Assembly: GCA_963422565.1 (NCBI GenBank)
Contig: OY730228.1
Coordinates: 37,315-101,314, forward strand
Direction: 5' to 3'
DNA from: Alphaproteobacteria bacterium
GTDB taxonomy: Bacteria; Pseudomonadota; Alphaproteobacteria; MPNO01
DNA length: 64,000 bases
Shown piece by piece: positions 62,178 through 64,000 of this stretch. Each line of letters starts with the position of its first letter. Position 1 is the stretch's first letter. Below the pieces are notes generated by a model. That model saw only the letters and a program-made list of their open reading frames with translations, made no database searches and had not been told where the DNA came from. The position numbers and the translations under genes were made by a program.

Positions 62178-63764
62178 TCAGACGCCCGCGGCATAGGCTT
62201 CGCGGCGGGTGTCGGCGGCGCCGAGAAGTATGCCGTCGGGCCGCCGTTCGATGATCTTTGCCGAGCCGAAATAGGATGCCCCGGCGGCGCGCGCCGCCGG
62301 GAAGCCCGCCTCGGCGAGCCTGTCCGCGACCGCGTCGGGAAAGGCTTCGTCGAGCAGCGCAGCGCCGCTGAGATCGATGCTCCAGCGCGGCGCGTCGATC
62401 GCCGCCGTCAGCTCGAGACCGCGGTCGACGAGGTTGGAGAGAATCTGGACATGCGTCAGCGTCTGGCTCGGCCCGCCGGGCGTGGTCATCAGATAGCGCA
62501 GCGCGCCGCCTTCGAGCACCACGACCGGGTTCAGCGTATGGGCCGGCCGCTTGCCGGGGGCGAGCACGCCGGCATGTCCGGGATCGAGGGTGAACCCGGT
62601 CATCCGGTTGTTCATGTGGATGCCGGTGCCGGGGTCGAGGAAGGCGGCGCCGAAGACGTGGAAGACGCTCTGCACGACCGAGATACCGTTGCCCTCGCCG
62701 TCGGCGATGGCGATGCAGGATGTCCCGCCCGCGGCGTGGGCCGAGGCGGCGCGGGGCGCGCCGTCGCCGCGCACGGCGGCGCGCAGCCGCGCCGTGACGG
62801 TAGAGCCGAGCAGCCGGGCGATCGGGGCCGGGTCGGTGCGCGGGTCGGCGATGAGATGCCGGCCCTCGGCGAAGGCCGCCCGCTGGGCGCGCATCATGCG
62901 GACAAGCCGGGCGTCGTCGTCGCCGGAAAGCGCGTCCGCATCGATGCCGTCGAGCGCGGCGAGCTGCATCAGCATCAGAATCCCGTAGGAGTTGGGCGGC
63001 ATCACCCGAACGCTCAGCCCGCGATAGCCGCCGTCGAGCGGCTCGACCCATTCGGGCTCGTAGCCGGCGAAATCCTCGGCCGTCATCACCCCGCCACGCG
63101 ACAAGCTGCAGGCGCCGATCGACGCGGCGATCCTGCCTTCGTAGAACACCGCGCTGCCGCCCTCGGCGATCGCGCGCAAGCTGTCGGCCAGCGCCGGCTG
63201 GCGGACGACGGCGCCGGCCGGCAGCGGGGCGCCGTCGGGGAAATAGAGCGCCCGATGGCCGGGATCGGCTTCCACATCCGCCCGGAACAGATGCAGCGCC
63301 GAGGCCAGGATCCGCGATAGCGGGTGGGCCTCGGCGAGCGCGATCGCGTCGTCGAACAGCTCCGCCCAGGGCAGCCGCCCGAAGCGCCGATGCATTCGCT
63401 CCCAGCCACGCACCATGCCGGGCACGCTGGCCGCCAACGGCCCGCGGCGCGGAATGCCGTCCGCATAGGCCTCCGGCGTCGCTCCCGCCGGCGCATGTCC
63501 GGAGGCGTTCAAGCCGAATGTGCGCCCGCCCTCGGCGTCGTGGAAGAGGATGAACGCATCGCCGCCGAGCGAGGTGGCGTGGGGCAGAACCACCGACAGC
63601 ACCGCCGAGGTCGCGACCATCGCGTCCACCAGCGAGCCGCCGCGCTCCAGGGTCCGCAGCCCCGAGAGCGAGGCCTGGGAATGCCCCGACACCACCATCG
63701 CGCGGGCGCCGTAGACCGGGGAGCGCGGGATCTTCACCCCCGCGAAGCCGTCCGTCCGAGCCAT
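62178..63764 (-). CDS. Gamma-glutamyltransferase family Ntn-hydrolase (cytoplasmic)
   Basis: LGGDAF, VPGMV.GW, PPNSYG, GGT-SC autoprocessing Thr, PGKRPAHTLNP, TPGG, APRW, GAAD.RR. Confidence 0.92.
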   Translation of the reverse strand: MARTDGFAGVKIPRSPVYGARAMVVSGHSQASLSGLRTLERGGSLVDAMVATSAVLSVVLPHATSLGGDAFILFHDAEGGRTFGLNASGHAPAGATPEAYADGIPRRGPLAASVPGMVRGWERMHRRFGRLPWAELFDDAIALAEAHPLSRILASALHLFRADVEADPGHRALYFPDGAPLPAGAVVRQPALADSLRAIAEGGSAVFYEGRIAASIGACSLSRGGVMTAEDFAGYEPEWVEPLDGGYRGLSVRVMPPNSYGILMLMQLAALDGIDADALSGDDDARLVRMMRAQRAAFAEGRHLIADPRTDPAPIARLLGSTVTARLRAAVRGDGAPRAASAHAAGGTSCIAIADGEGNGISVVQSVFHVFGAAFLDPGTGIHMNNRMTGFTLDPGHAGVLAPGKRPAHTLNPVVVLEGGALRYLMTTPGGPSQTLTHVQILSNLVDRGLELTAAIDAPRWSIDLSGAALLDEAFPDAVADRLAEAGFPAARAAGASYFGSAKIIERRPDGILLGAADTRREAYAAGV

Positions 63765-63802
63765 CTTCCTCCCCTCCCTTCCGCCGATATGCCCGGCTGC
63801 GT

Positions 63803-64000
63803 TCAGCGCGGCGCGAGACAGGTCTCCACCAGCCGCGCCCAGTAGCTCGCTCCGATCGGCAGGATCTCGTCGTTGAAGTCGTAGTTCGGGTTGTGCAGCA
63901 GGCAGCCGTCGTCGCCGGGGCCGTTGCCGAGCCAGACATAGCTGCCCGGCTTCTCGCCGAGCATGAAGGCGAAATCCTCCGAGGCGAGCTTGGGATTGAG
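63803..64000 (-). CDS. M20D amidohydrolase (hippurate hydrolase-like), C-terminal part
   Basis: LASEDFAFMLGEKPGSYVWLGNG..LHNPNYDFNDEILPIGASYW. Confidence 0.9.
   Translation of the reverse strand, partial: LNPKLASEDFAFMLGEKPGSYVWLGNGPGDDGCLLHNPNYDFNDEILPIGASYWARLVETCLAPR

Overview
High-GC alphaproteobacterial chromosome segment, Rhodospirillales-like by gene content. Host association (e.g. a sponge or marine symbiont) is only inferred from the repeat-protein content. About 55 CDS. Housekeeping blocks: lolE-proS-dksA-tlpA-argH-lipoprotein-lysA-TIGR02302-hpt-Zn ribbon-plsC; moaA-hemA-fixR-like-Usp; bioBA; pepP-prmA-uvrD. These are interleaved with orphan catabolic and transport clusters. No rRNA, tRNA, CRISPR, integrase or transposase was recognised. 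Best candidates for new biology: (1) an RND efflux periplasmic adaptor with four EF-hand Ca2+-binding loops fused to its N-terminus, in a minus-strand run with a MetE-like Zn enzyme, a His-rich LVIVD propeller and an amidohydrolase; (2) a secreted Sel1/peptidoglycan-binding/trypsin protease whose 108-bp repeat units 2-9 differ only by non-synonymous, combinatorially shuffled substitutions; (3) a LacI-controlled divergon with a visible duplicated operator, a sugar-type ABC importer, and bicupin, double SnoaL, RraA-like and MetE-like enzymes. Other oddities: a 1-nt frameshift and an AT-rich patch inside the normally essential proS, apparent absence of ftsEX from its usual locus, and a low-GC XRE pseudogene scar. 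All product calls come from motif recognition by eye; no database searches were run.
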